From IMG/VR virus record IMGVR_UViG_3300028925_001894: 29,845 nucleotides of DNA; one strand, written 5' to 3'. The stretch is from a virus. Position numbers and translations under genes: made by a program. The notes under the pieces are model-generated. The model made no database searches. It saw only the letters and a list, made by a program, of their open reading frames with translations, and had not been told where the DNA came from. Of this stretch, positions 6,932 to 14,763 are shown piece by piece; the stretch's first letter is position 1; every line of letters begins with the position of its first letter.

Positions 6932-7171
6932 CTATTGCTCTGCGCGTTTAACAAATAGCTCAACAGCATCTTCAATCTTCATGCCGTTAGATGTTATTGA
7001 TTTAACTTCGTCGCCAGTCATATCAGCCTTCGGAAAGATGATTCTCCAGCGCTCCGCCATGCCTCTCCTAAGGTGGCCGGTGGTCTTTTTGTTTAGAACT
7101 GACACAACCGCGCCCGAGCCTACTCGCTCAATCTTAAAAGTGTCACCCTTGCTGTTTTTCTTGGTGTGCAT
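6932..7171 (-). CDS. hypothetical 79-aa protein (MHTKKNSKGDTFKIERVG...)
   Basis: The ATG at 7171 is preceded by AGGAGG. The longer start at 7207 would read through the GCCCC-UACG-GGGGC hairpin. Confidence 0.55.
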   Translation of the reverse strand: MHTKKNSKGDTFKIERVGSGAVVSVLNKKTTGHLRRGMAERWRIIFPKADMTGDEVKSITSNGMKIEDAVELFVKRAEQ

Positions 7172-7185
7172 ATTGCCTCCTGAAT

Positions 7186-7199
7186 GCCCCCGTAGGGGC
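7186..7199 (-). promoter_or_regulatory. intercistronic C(UACG)G tetraloop hairpin
   Basis: On the minus strand: TAATGCAAAC-GCCCC-TACG-GGGGC-attcAGGAGGcaatATGCACACC. This is homologous to the junction at 22544..22590. Confidence 0.65.
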
Positions 7200-7206
7200 G
7201 TTTGCA

Positions 7207-7353
7207 TTAAGATTGTCTAGCGGCTTCTTTTTCTTCGAAGTATGTAAGGTCGCTTTCAAACTGCGCTCCAAATCTGGCGTGTTCCGCTGGGGTCATCTTT
7301 GCCAAAACTGCTTTGATTTCGTTAATTTTTTCTTCGTAAGTAGAAATGAACAT
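7207..7353 (-). CDS. hypothetical 48-aa protein, first gene of the early recombination operon
   Basis: The ATG at 7353 (MFISTYEEK...) follows the conserved leader. The track start at 7389 would lie inside the -10 element. Confidence 0.5.
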   Translation of the reverse strand: MFISTYEEKINEIKAVLAKMTPAEHARFGAQFESDLTYFEEKEAARQS

Positions 7354-7387
7354 GTGCGTAGCCCTGTTGTTTTTTGAATGTAGGTAC

Positions 7388-7416
7388 ATTATCTATTATG
7401 TTTACTTAAATGTAAA
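7388..7416 (-). promoter_or_regulatory. sigma70-like early promoter, copy 1 of the cassette
   Basis: On the minus strand: ATAGTGTT-TTTACA, 17 bp, GATAAT, then a 25-nt leader CCTACATTCAAAAAACAACAGGGCT (7360..7384) identical to 22193..22217. Confidence 0.7.
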
Positions 7417-7426
7417 CACTATAGGC

Positions 7427-7452
7427 AATAAAAAGCCCAAGTTAATGGGCTT
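7427..7452 (-). terminator. rho-independent terminator closing the late/lysis transcription unit
   Basis: On the minus strand: AAGCCCA-TTAACT-TGGGCTT followed by TTTTATT, located 58 nt after the endolysin stop. Confidence 0.7.
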
Positions 7453-7509
7453 GGTTTACTATCCGGCTACTTTAAGTAGTTTAACGCCTTATATCCGGCC
7501 ATTTATAAA

Positions 7510-7893
7510 CTAATATGTCCAGATAGCAGGGCAAGTAAAGCCGTCTTCTTCAGTGCAGCCATCAAGGTGGATAAACCTTGTGCGACCTTTCTGCTTTACA
7601 CCGATGCGCTGGATACCATGCTTCTGAGCCACTCTAATCAATTCTAACGCCTTTTCTCCACTAACCAATATATCTACCGCCTTTCCAGTTGAATGCGCTC
7701 CTGCCTTCTCTTTGCGCTGTTCTATGGGGTGTTGGGGGCTACGATAAGCACTGCTGATAGGAAAGCCAAAATCACACTCTTTCCGAATCTTAATCAGCAA
7801 TTTAACAAAGTCTGCATCCATGCCATTCTCGCCGCTATGCTTACAGGCCAGTTCCTTATCTGTGAAATAAACTACTTTCTTTTTAGCTGTCAT
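7510..7893 (-). CDS. endolysin, peptidase M15 (D-Ala-D-Ala carboxypeptidase-like) family
   Basis: SSAYRSPQHPIE...GAHSTGKAVDI...FIHLD gives the H-x-D...H zinc-ligand layout of M15 peptidases. It sits next to the holin with an ATGA overlap. Confidence 0.8.
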   Translation of the reverse strand: MTAKKKVVYFTDKELACKHSGENGMDADFVKLLIKIRKECDFGFPISSAYRSPQHPIEQRKEKAGAHSTGKAVDILVSGEKALELIRVAQKHGIQRIGVKQKGRTRFIHLDGCTEEDGFTCPAIWTY

Positions 7894-8252
7894 TTCTTAA
7901 TCCTCTCGTATGTTCTTAGACCGCCTAGCCCTAGCATACCCATCAATACGGGTAGCATTGTAGCGGTATCTGCTTGCGGTATAAGCACACCGAATCCAGC
8001 CGCTAAAGGCGATATAAGAAAGTTTACGGCAAAGCCTAAGACACAAACCCACCCTGTAGCTGGTCGCCATCCTGCTTGGAACCAGTTGCCTTTTGCTTCT
8101 TCTCGGTTGACTGCAATTTGAGCAAGAGCGATTTCCTGCGCGTGTCGCTCTGACATCGTTGCAAGTTCATGGGCGATTTTCTGCTTTGTATCCGCATCAG
8201 GTATCCATTTATCTAGTAGGCCAGTAATAGGAACAATAAGGGATTGAATCAA
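7890..8252 (-). CDS. holin, GTA-type 3-TM family (DUF3154-like)
   Basis: An N-terminal amphipathic part is followed by WFQAGWRPATGWVCVLGFAVNFLISPL... and two further hydrophobic segments. It lies immediately upstream of the endolysin. Confidence 0.7.
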   Translation of the reverse strand: MIQSLIVPITGLLDKWIPDADTKQKIAHELATMSERHAQEIALAQIAVNREEAKGNWFQAGWRPATGWVCVLGFAVNFLISPLAAGFGVLIPQADTATMLPVLMGMLGLGGLRTYERIKK

Positions 8253-8431
8253 AAGAACTTACCCACTACAAACAAGCCAATTATTAGCGGGTAAATACCC
8301 CACAAAGCTGTCTGTAATTTTGCGAACTTTTGCTGCCCTTCATCAAGGCGGCGCTCTATGTTCTGGTAGCGCACTGTGCATTCACGCTCATGCCCTTCTA
8401 GCTTCAAAAGAGCTTCTTTAACTGTTGCCAT
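8249..8431 (-). CDS. 60-aa C-terminally anchored membrane protein, probably lysis-associated
   Basis: A soluble charged N-terminal half precedes a single C-terminal TM (LWGIYPLIIGLFVVGKFF). It is translationally coupled to the holin. Confidence 0.45.
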   Translation of the reverse strand: MATVKEALLKLEGHERECTVRYQNIERRLDEGQQKFAKLQTALWGIYPLIIGLFVVGKFF

Positions 8432-8673
8432 TATGACTCAGCCGCCGCTTCAAAAGCTGCTACCACTTCTGGAGTATGCACTAAGGCGCATATTGCCTTA
8501 ACTTCAAGGCTTTCGCCTGAGTAGTCTTGCCCTGCTGTGATAACCTTACGGCTGAAAGCTGAAGAAATCTCTACACCATCATCGTGGATTGCCGTTTTAG
8601 TGCGAATTTGAACAGCCTTAAACTCACCAACAATTTCAATTTTATCTTCTGTTATTACTTTTTCTAGTGTCAT
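8431..8673 (-). CDS. hypothetical 80-aa protein
   Basis: The ATG at 8673 (MTLEKV) has AGGA upstream. The track start at 8700 lies inside the GCCCAG/CTGGGC hairpin (8692..8709). Confidence 0.45.
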   Translation of the reverse strand: MTLEKVITEDKIEIVGEFKAVQIRTKTAIHDDGVEISSAFSRKVITAGQDYSGESLEVKAICALVHTPEVVAAFEAAAES

Positions 8674-8718
8674 TACTTTATTCCTGTCTATGCCCAGCAT
8701 CCACTGGGCGTATGGTTA

Positions 8719-10020
8719 TTAAATGATATAGGTTAAATCAAAAATAATTGTGCTATTGTCAGAGCTGTTTAATTTAGATACATCAACACTGTGTGCGCTG
8801 TCATTATTTTTATTATATTTTAACTGAGCTGTCTGCGAGTTATGCAAGCCCTGAATATAATAATCTGGTGCGTTTGAATCCACAAAATTATTTATCTGGC
8901 AAGCTCCATGCCCTCTAGATGAGCTTGCTGAATTTAATACAAAAGGCAACCCAGTGATTCTCAAAGCTCCGCTGCTAAGGGCGTCATTATTAATATTATT
9001 CATATTAACGCTAACGTGAACAAGACGGCCAACCTTGGTGTATTGCCCAGTTCTAGTTGTGCTAGATGTTTGGTCTCCTGCGGCATTAGAAATTCCGCAA
9101 GTCCAACTACCCTCTTCATAGTCGTCTAATTCATTGCTGGCACCTGTTCCGCCTAAGAAAACGCCACCAGAAAGATAGAGGTCTTTGAATCGGTTGGTAC
9201 CTGCGCCAAGATTTATAGCGTTATCGTTAGAGTTGAATCCTGATAGTGTCGGTATTAGCTTGGTATTACTTATTCTAACGCCGCCTGTGTCATTCTTAAG
9301 GTACAAGTCATCAACACTATTTACGCCTAAAGTGGCCTTTTCTACGCCGTCAAGCTGCATTTGTACTAATGCGCCAGTACTGCTAGTTCGGTTAATCTCT
9401 AAGGGTCTGCCATTTGCAAGAGTTGATGTTAACTTTTTACACTTTGCTTCCCCGTTTACATCTAGCTTCGCTGTTGGCGCGTCTGTACCGATTCCAACTC
9501 TGCTTGAACTGGCTTGCGTGAATATTAAAGAGTCGTCTGCTTGGCTTTTAACCCTAAAGTCAATGTCACCACTAGCTGCATTTAAAACTGTTTCGGCTTG
9601 GCCGTCTAAAGTCCAAAGCGTAAGGTAAGTCTTTAGAACTCCTTCTGTTCTTGCCTGCAAATCTACTCGACCAGCCTCATCACCATCAGCTACATTCACT
9701 ATTTCTGTAAAAAACTGAGCGTATAGAGTATCTTCATCTGCATTATTGTTGCCCTGAAATTGAATCACTCCCATGTTATCGCCATTAGCGGGCGATACAG
9801 AGTCGCGCTGCATCAAGATTGTGGGACCATTACTCCCGCCAGAGCTAGTGCCAATGGCATGAAAATTTGGAGCGGTTCCTGTTGAAGTAGCCACCACTTT
9901 TACAAAATTTGGAGAATCTCCAGACTGGTACTTGTCGGCGTTTAAGTTTGTAAAGTTCGCGTCCACTTCCGTATTGGTAAGCGGTGAACCTTTTCCTGCT
10001 CTTGTTACGATAGTAGACAT
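8719..10020 (-). CDS. tail fibre protein
   Basis: The N-terminus TRAGKGSPLTNTEVDANFTNLN is a widely conserved phage fibre motif. The body is Gly/Ser/Asn/Thr-rich. It lies distal to the J-like gene. Confidence 0.75.
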   Translation of the reverse strand: MSTIVTRAGKGSPLTNTEVDANFTNLNADKYQSGDSPNFVKVVATSTGTAPNFHAIGTSSGGSNGPTILMQRDSVSPANGDNMGVIQFQGNNNADEDTLYAQFFTEIVNVADGDEAGRVDLQARTEGVLKTYLTLWTLDGQAETVLNAASGDIDFRVKSQADDSLIFTQASSSRVGIGTDAPTAKLDVNGEAKCKKLTSTLANGRPLEINRTSSTGALVQMQLDGVEKATLGVNSVDDLYLKNDTGGVRISNTKLIPTLSGFNSNDNAINLGAGTNRFKDLYLSGGVFLGGTGASNELDDYEEGSWTCGISNAAGDQTSSTTRTGQYTKVGRLVHVSVNMNNINNDALSSGALRITGLPFVLNSASSSRGHGACQINNFVDSNAPDYYIQGLHNSQTAQLKYNKNNDSAHSVDVSKLNSSDNSTIIFDLTYII

Positions 10021-10030
10021 TTCGAACCTC

Positions 10031-10477
10031 TTAAGAAATCGTAATAACCCATGATACAGCTAGAGTATCGCTTGCGGATTTATTTACAGTGCTGAATGTT
10101 GTACGACAAAGCATTGTGCCGCCAGATGCTGCATTAAATATACCTGCTTCAGTCACCGCGCCAGTAGCATCGCCTGCTTCAAAACTAGAGCTGTAAATCA
10201 CAACGCCTGATGCTGGGTTAGATGAAGCGTCTAATATCTCTCTTGTGCCAAGCAATGATTCCAATGCGGTATTACCGAGAGCCGGCGCTGTTGCTCCAGA
10301 ACCTAAAGCCATATGCGACATAACGGCTGGGGATGCCCCGACCATTCTGTTAGAAATAAAACCTTTTCCAGCAGTGACTACAAGGTTTTCTATATCTCTT
10401 TTCTCTTTTAAAGCGCCGTCTTTATCGTATAGGCGCAGCGATACCTTGCCGGTAATGTCTAGTTTATCATTTATCAT
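10031..10477 (-). CDS. putative fibre-associated or receptor-binding structural protein
   Basis: 148 aa with NLVVTAGKGFI...HMALGSGATAP..GNTALES, a pattern seen in small phage structural proteins. The call rests mainly on position in the fibre module. Confidence 0.35.
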   Translation of the reverse strand: MINDKLDITGKVSLRLYDKDGALKEKRDIENLVVTAGKGFISNRMVGASPAVMSHMALGSGATAPALGNTALESLLGTREILDASSNPASGVVIYSSSFEAGDATGAVTEAGIFNAASGGTMLCRTTFSTVNKSASDTLAVSWVITIS

Positions 10478-10488
10478 TTTTCAACCTG

Positions 10489-10752
10489 TTAAAAAGTTAG
10501 GCTTAAGCCAACATAGTCGTCAGCAAAGTAATCAATAGCACAATAGTTCTGCATTTTTAAAGAACCTGCATCGGTAGCACCTATTGTATCAGCAAAGGTT
10601 TTTCCTATCGACATAAAGGTGTCGTCAGTAACGCTTACAGAGTCGTTGAATTCCTTGTATATGATGAAAACTCCAGTACTTATAGCGGCTACTGCTTTCT
10701 TGTAGTCTATTTTTGCCAGTGCCTTCTTATAGTCTACCTTTACATTAGGCAT
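10489..10752 (-). CDS. hypothetical virion-module protein (87 aa)
   Basis: ORF in the fibre module with an internal duplicated VDYKKALAK/IDYKKAVAA. Confidence 0.4.
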   Translation of the reverse strand: MPNVKVDYKKALAKIDYKKAVAAISTGVFIIYKEFNDSVSVTDDTFMSIGKTFADTIGATDAGSLKMQNYCAIDYFADDYVGLSLTF

Positions 10753-11083
10753 TAAAGTCTTCCCTAAGTTGAAAGTTTAAGACCTCAAACATAGTTTCAA
10801 CGGCTCCAGACTGGTAAGTTATTTCAATCTCACCTTCATAAAATCCAGCTGCCAAAGTTGTTAGGCTGTCAGAGGCAAAGTTAAATAATGCAATACCATT
10901 AGAAAAATTTGCGCCCGCATTAATAGCGTTAAGGGTAAAAAGTGTAACGGTTTTTCCTTTAGCCCTAAAGCGTAATCTGCCGGAGCCTCCAGAAAAGTCT
11001 ACAACTGAGCCGTCATCTTCGCGGGTAATTGTAGCTTTAATTTGTGGGGCGGTATCGCCTTGCACTAGCGGGTAAACTGTCAT
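10745..11083 (-). CDS. Ig-like virion protein (BppU-N/DUF2479-like pattern)
   Basis: LVQGDTAPQIKATITREDDGSVVDFSGG..RLRF resembles the N-terminal Ig-like domains of baseplate and fibre proteins. Confidence 0.4.
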   Translation of the reverse strand: MTVYPLVQGDTAPQIKATITREDDGSVVDFSGGSGRLRFRAKGKTVTLFTLNAINAGANFSNGIALFNFASDSLTTLAAGFYEGEIEITYQSGAVETMFEVLNFQLREDFNA

Positions 11084-11086
11084 TTT

Positions 11087-11287
11087 TCAATCCTCAATTG
11101 GGTTCATATACCCATAGCGAACCAGACCTTGACCGAAATCGGACTGGATAAAAAGCGTGTGTATGTCATCCCTATCGGCTAATGCATCGCGTAAATCATA
11201 AATCGCTGCATTAGACTCATCAGGGTTAGGGTATTCGCCAGAAACATTTTCTTCTCCAGCGGTTGTTATATAGCCTATCTGTATCAC
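11087..11287 (-). CDS. hypothetical 66-aa acidic protein
   Basis: The ATG start overlaps the J-like gene stop. No motif recognised. Confidence 0.4.
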   Translation of the reverse strand: MIQIGYITTAGEENVSGEYPNPDESNAAIYDLRDALADRDDIHTLFIQSDFGQGLVRYGYMNPIED

Positions 11288-14200
11288 GATACTAGCTCCA
11301 TAGTTCCTTTGTAGCCCCGCGCAATTGTCTGCACATCTGAATGAACCACTGTAACTTTTGCAACAATTCTAAACTTAGTGCTAGTAGTGGTTTCACCGTA
11401 TGTTTCGTTTATTGGTATTCTTACACTACCGCCACCAGATGCTGCGTCCAAAACAACAGTCACTCCCTCCGCAAAAGCTGGCGCAATAAATGCACCAACC
11501 GCTGCAAATCTATAAGGGCTAAAGAAAAGTGTTTCGCCATCACTGAACACTGTAGTTGCCTGACCTACCAGCAAATAAGTTCTGTTGTTTGCACTATCAT
11601 ACCATACACCCTCAACACTGCCGAACCCTGTTCCAGATGCGTTATCTGCAACGCCACCAGTATTGTCTAAAGCTGCTAAATGATTACCTGCAAGGTATAT
11701 GCGCTGTTTAAACGTGTTAGGAAAGCCATCTGTTACAACGCCATTAGTCGCTCCAACTTGCACACCTGTCGCGCTTTTACTAGCTATCTGTAGTGATTGC
11801 TGGATGTTTACTGACCTACGAACGCCGCCGCCAGTGTTATTTTTGCTAAAAACGTACTTAGAAACTAAATCAACTCTTTGCCTTTTGCTAATTCCTAGCT
11901 GTGGCGCTGGCATATCAAACTGCTGCAAATTACTCAGGCTGGTTGATAGGGTAATATTCGCATAAGAGGAAACAGGGAAAAGCTCCGAAACATCACCCGA
12001 TAGCTTGTTGGCTGTAATAGTCTCTGCTTTTATCTCGTTACCAGTAATAGAACCAGCAACAACCAAGTCACCACTTATAAAGTTATCATCTTGCGCCCAA
12101 GCTGTGCCAGATAAATTGTACGTCCAAGCGTGCGTTTGCACTGGGCTGGTAGATGTGTCAGTGGTTATAACCGCATCAGCATTTTTAGGGTTCCTGCTTG
12201 CCGCAGTTAAAAACTCGGCAGTAGTTGGCGCTGCATTGCCAGACTTGCTAATTCTATAAATGCTAGGAACATCAGGCACAAAGTCTGCTTCTGTGGTTCT
12301 GTTAGCTGTTATTGTTGTAGATTCAAAGCCTAGTTCATTAACCGCAGCCACAACGATAGTGTATTGAGTCGACGGTAAAAGATTAGGAATCTTAAAGTAA
12401 AAACTTTTGGTTAAATACTGAATAGTATTCCCGCCAGCGGTAGGCTTAACCCTAACAACGTAATGGGTCAGGAAAGGGTCAGGGGATGCCGTCCAAATTG
12501 TTGTTATATTATTTTCTTTTGTACCATCAGAAAGGCTATCAGCGCTTATGTATGCAAGCAAACTAGTTGGTGGAGCAACATCTTTGCCGTTGAATAGTGT
12601 CACCTCAGCAGCATTAAGAAAGTCTTTCTGGTCACTTGTTGCCCAATCATAAATCGCAGACGCTGTTTCTACAGCACTTACATCCACATTTATAGTCCCG
12701 TCACTGTTCGCGTGCAACTTATAGCTAAGCACCTCAAAGACTTTTGACACCCAACCCATCTTAGCGTTAGAGACCATAATGTTATCGCCAGCCTTAAACC
12801 TTAACGCTGCTAGATTACAAGGAATGGTAACAGTTGTTCCTTTTCTAGATGTAAGCATAGCGATTTTAGCAAGTCGCTGCGCTTGCGTATTGCCAGTCAC
12901 AAAAGGCAAAGCCATATCTAAAAACAACTCCCCGCCATCTGCTGTGGCAAAGCTGGCGCTTTTCTGTGCTGGGTAGTCTGCAACAATGTAATTCTTTTCT
13001 TTACTAATAAAGCTGCCTTTCACAGCGTTATAGAGCTGTCTTCTGCTCTGCCTAGTCTGTATCTGCATTTCACCAGTTAATAAAGTTTCATCAATAGTGA
13101 CTGTAGGTGCAACATAATTAGCAGCGTTTATAAAATACTGTGCGCCTGAATAGACTAACTTCCCGCCCATGCTGGTAAGCATATCTTCAATGTTAGCTTT
13201 GCGGCTTTTGCCAGTGTCTAGCAATCCGTTTATGGTGTAACGCTTTTCTGTCCCACCAGCTTCAAGGGTGATAGTTTCATTGCAAGAATTTACGGCGGTA
13301 GTTAAAGCATCAATATCAATTGTAGATGCATCTTCTCCCATTCCGTACCTTGTATCGGTCATATAGTCTCTAATGCAAAGAGCAGGGTTGTCGCTGTATT
13401 CTACTGTGCCGCTTAAGTTTGCTACTTTCTTGCCTTTAATTGTTGCCGATATATTAGGCATTCCAGACCGAAAGACCTCAGCATCATAGTTAAGTTTAAC
13501 GTATAGGTAGGCAGTTCCCTGCAAGATACAATTAGTATTCCAAATTGTTGAAAATGCAACTAACTGAGAATTCGCTGCTGTTTGCGTCCCATCATAAAAA
13601 TATATTTGGTAATGGTCGCCCCAAGCAATATTCCTTTCACTAAGATAGCCAAGCTGAACGACATTAAAAGTTCCACCTGAAAACCCTGCGTTAGACGTTG
13701 CATTGCTAGATACTTCAAATTCAAACCATTTTCCAAAAGCTGGGTCTGTAGCAGTAATAGTGAACACGCCATTCGGGTTTATACCGCCAACATTACTAGC
13801 GTTTGAAATTGTAATTTGATTACCTGCATAAAAAAGGTAATCTGTAGAATTCTGCCCTGCGCCTGTTGACATCGTTACCCTAACGGTTTTACTTCCCGAT
13901 GTTGTGCCAATTTTATTGATAAACTCAAAGTCTGTAGAACCCCAGATTTTATTCTCACCACCCCAAACGCTTACATATTCCTCAATTCCATGTCCAGCAA
14001 AAGCAATAACTAAATGTAGATTTTCATTGTCTCCGTCCCCGCTGGTTGTATCCATAAAAACGATAGCGCCGCCAACTCTAGTTTCACCGTAAATTAACTT
14101 TCGGTTTGTAATCGCGTCCCTTTGTGAAGCAGTAGTTCCCCCGTCAATTGCCCCAGTAGTGCTTGAGCTAATGCTAGGCATTAAGGCTCTTGAAAGCATA

Positions 14201-14304
14201 GATAAGCCAGCGCCTAAAGCAAAAGCCCCCCAAGACCAAGCAGCAAGACCTCCTGTGATAATAGCGGGGGCGGCGGCCATAATACCTGCGATAGCTGCAA
14301 ACAT
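11284..14304 (-). CDS. central tail fibre / host-specificity protein (lambda gpJ or GTA g15-like)
   Basis: 1006 aa. A Gly/Ala-rich hydrophobic N-terminus (gpI-like) is followed by NRKLIYGETRVGGAIVF...LHLVIAFAGHGIEEY (Phage-tail_3-like) and an FN3-like segment (...THYVVRVKP...LLPSTQYTIVVAAVNELG). Confidence 0.8.
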   Translation of the reverse strand: MFAAIAGIMAAAPAIITGGLAAWSWGAFALGAGLSMLSRALMPSISSSTTGAIDGGTTASQRDAITNRKLIYGETRVGGAIVFMDTTSGDGDNENLHLVIAFAGHGIEEYVSVWGGENKIWGSTDFEFINKIGTTSGSKTVRVTMSTGAGQNSTDYLFYAGNQITISNASNVGGINPNGVFTITATDPAFGKWFEFEVSSNATSNAGFSGGTFNVVQLGYLSERNIAWGDHYQIYFYDGTQTAANSQLVAFSTIWNTNCILQGTAYLYVKLNYDAEVFRSGMPNISATIKGKKVANLSGTVEYSDNPALCIRDYMTDTRYGMGEDASTIDIDALTTAVNSCNETITLEAGGTEKRYTINGLLDTGKSRKANIEDMLTSMGGKLVYSGAQYFINAANYVAPTVTIDETLLTGEMQIQTRQSRRQLYNAVKGSFISKEKNYIVADYPAQKSASFATADGGELFLDMALPFVTGNTQAQRLAKIAMLTSRKGTTVTIPCNLAALRFKAGDNIMVSNAKMGWVSKVFEVLSYKLHANSDGTINVDVSAVETASAIYDWATSDQKDFLNAAEVTLFNGKDVAPPTSLLAYISADSLSDGTKENNITTIWTASPDPFLTHYVVRVKPTAGGNTIQYLTKSFYFKIPNLLPSTQYTIVVAAVNELGFESTTITANRTTEADFVPDVPSIYRISKSGNAAPTTAEFLTAASRNPKNADAVITTDTSTSPVQTHAWTYNLSGTAWAQDDNFISGDLVVAGSITGNEIKAETITANKLSGDVSELFPVSSYANITLSTSLSNLQQFDMPAPQLGISKRQRVDLVSKYVFSKNNTGGGVRRSVNIQQSLQIASKSATGVQVGATNGVVTDGFPNTFKQRIYLAGNHLAALDNTGGVADNASGTGFGSVEGVWYDSANNRTYLLVGQATTVFSDGETLFFSPYRFAAVGAFIAPAFAEGVTVVLDAASGGGSVRIPINETYGETTTSTKFRIVAKVTVVHSDVQTIARGYKGTMELVS

Positions 14305-14763
14305 TTATTTATTCCTTAAAAATTTAGAATATACGCGCTCAATTAATTCAAAGCCCATGTGTACCATTAGTTTATCAAAAGGAATGTGAACTTTGGTATT
14401 TAAAGTCATTACTGAAACGCCGGCTTCCTTGCAGTAATCTTCAGCATATTTAATTAACTTGAAACCTGTAGCTCCAGCCCTGCTATCAGGCTTTACAAAG
14501 ATAACGTCATTAACGGCAAACAAGTGGTCACTGTAGTGGATGCTTTTAGCAACAGTTAAAACAAAATAGCCCACTAAAACGCCATTATCTCTAGCAGTGA
14601 ATATCTTTAAAACGCCTGCGGCATCTAATCTGGCGTACTCTTCATAATCAGGGTTTAATTTAATAGCGCCTTGGTTTAATGCGACCAACTCCCAATGCTC
14701 ATCAAGCAAAGGTTTAATGTCTTTTTTTACGTTAGTCATTGATTCAAGTTGTATCTTAATCAT
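14305..14763 (-). CDS. GNAT-family N-acetyltransferase
   Basis: 152 aa. VLVGYFVL...VIFVKPDSRAGATGFKLIKYAEDYCKEAGV...MGFELIE fits the GNAT beta4-alpha3 acetyl-CoA loop layout. Confidence 0.6.
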   Translation of the reverse strand: MIKIQLESMTNVKKDIKPLLDEHWELVALNQGAIKLNPDYEEYARLDAAGVLKIFTARDNGVLVGYFVLTVAKSIHYSDHLFAVNDVIFVKPDSRAGATGFKLIKYAEDYCKEAGVSVMTLNTKVHIPFDKLMVHMGFELIERVYSKFLRNK

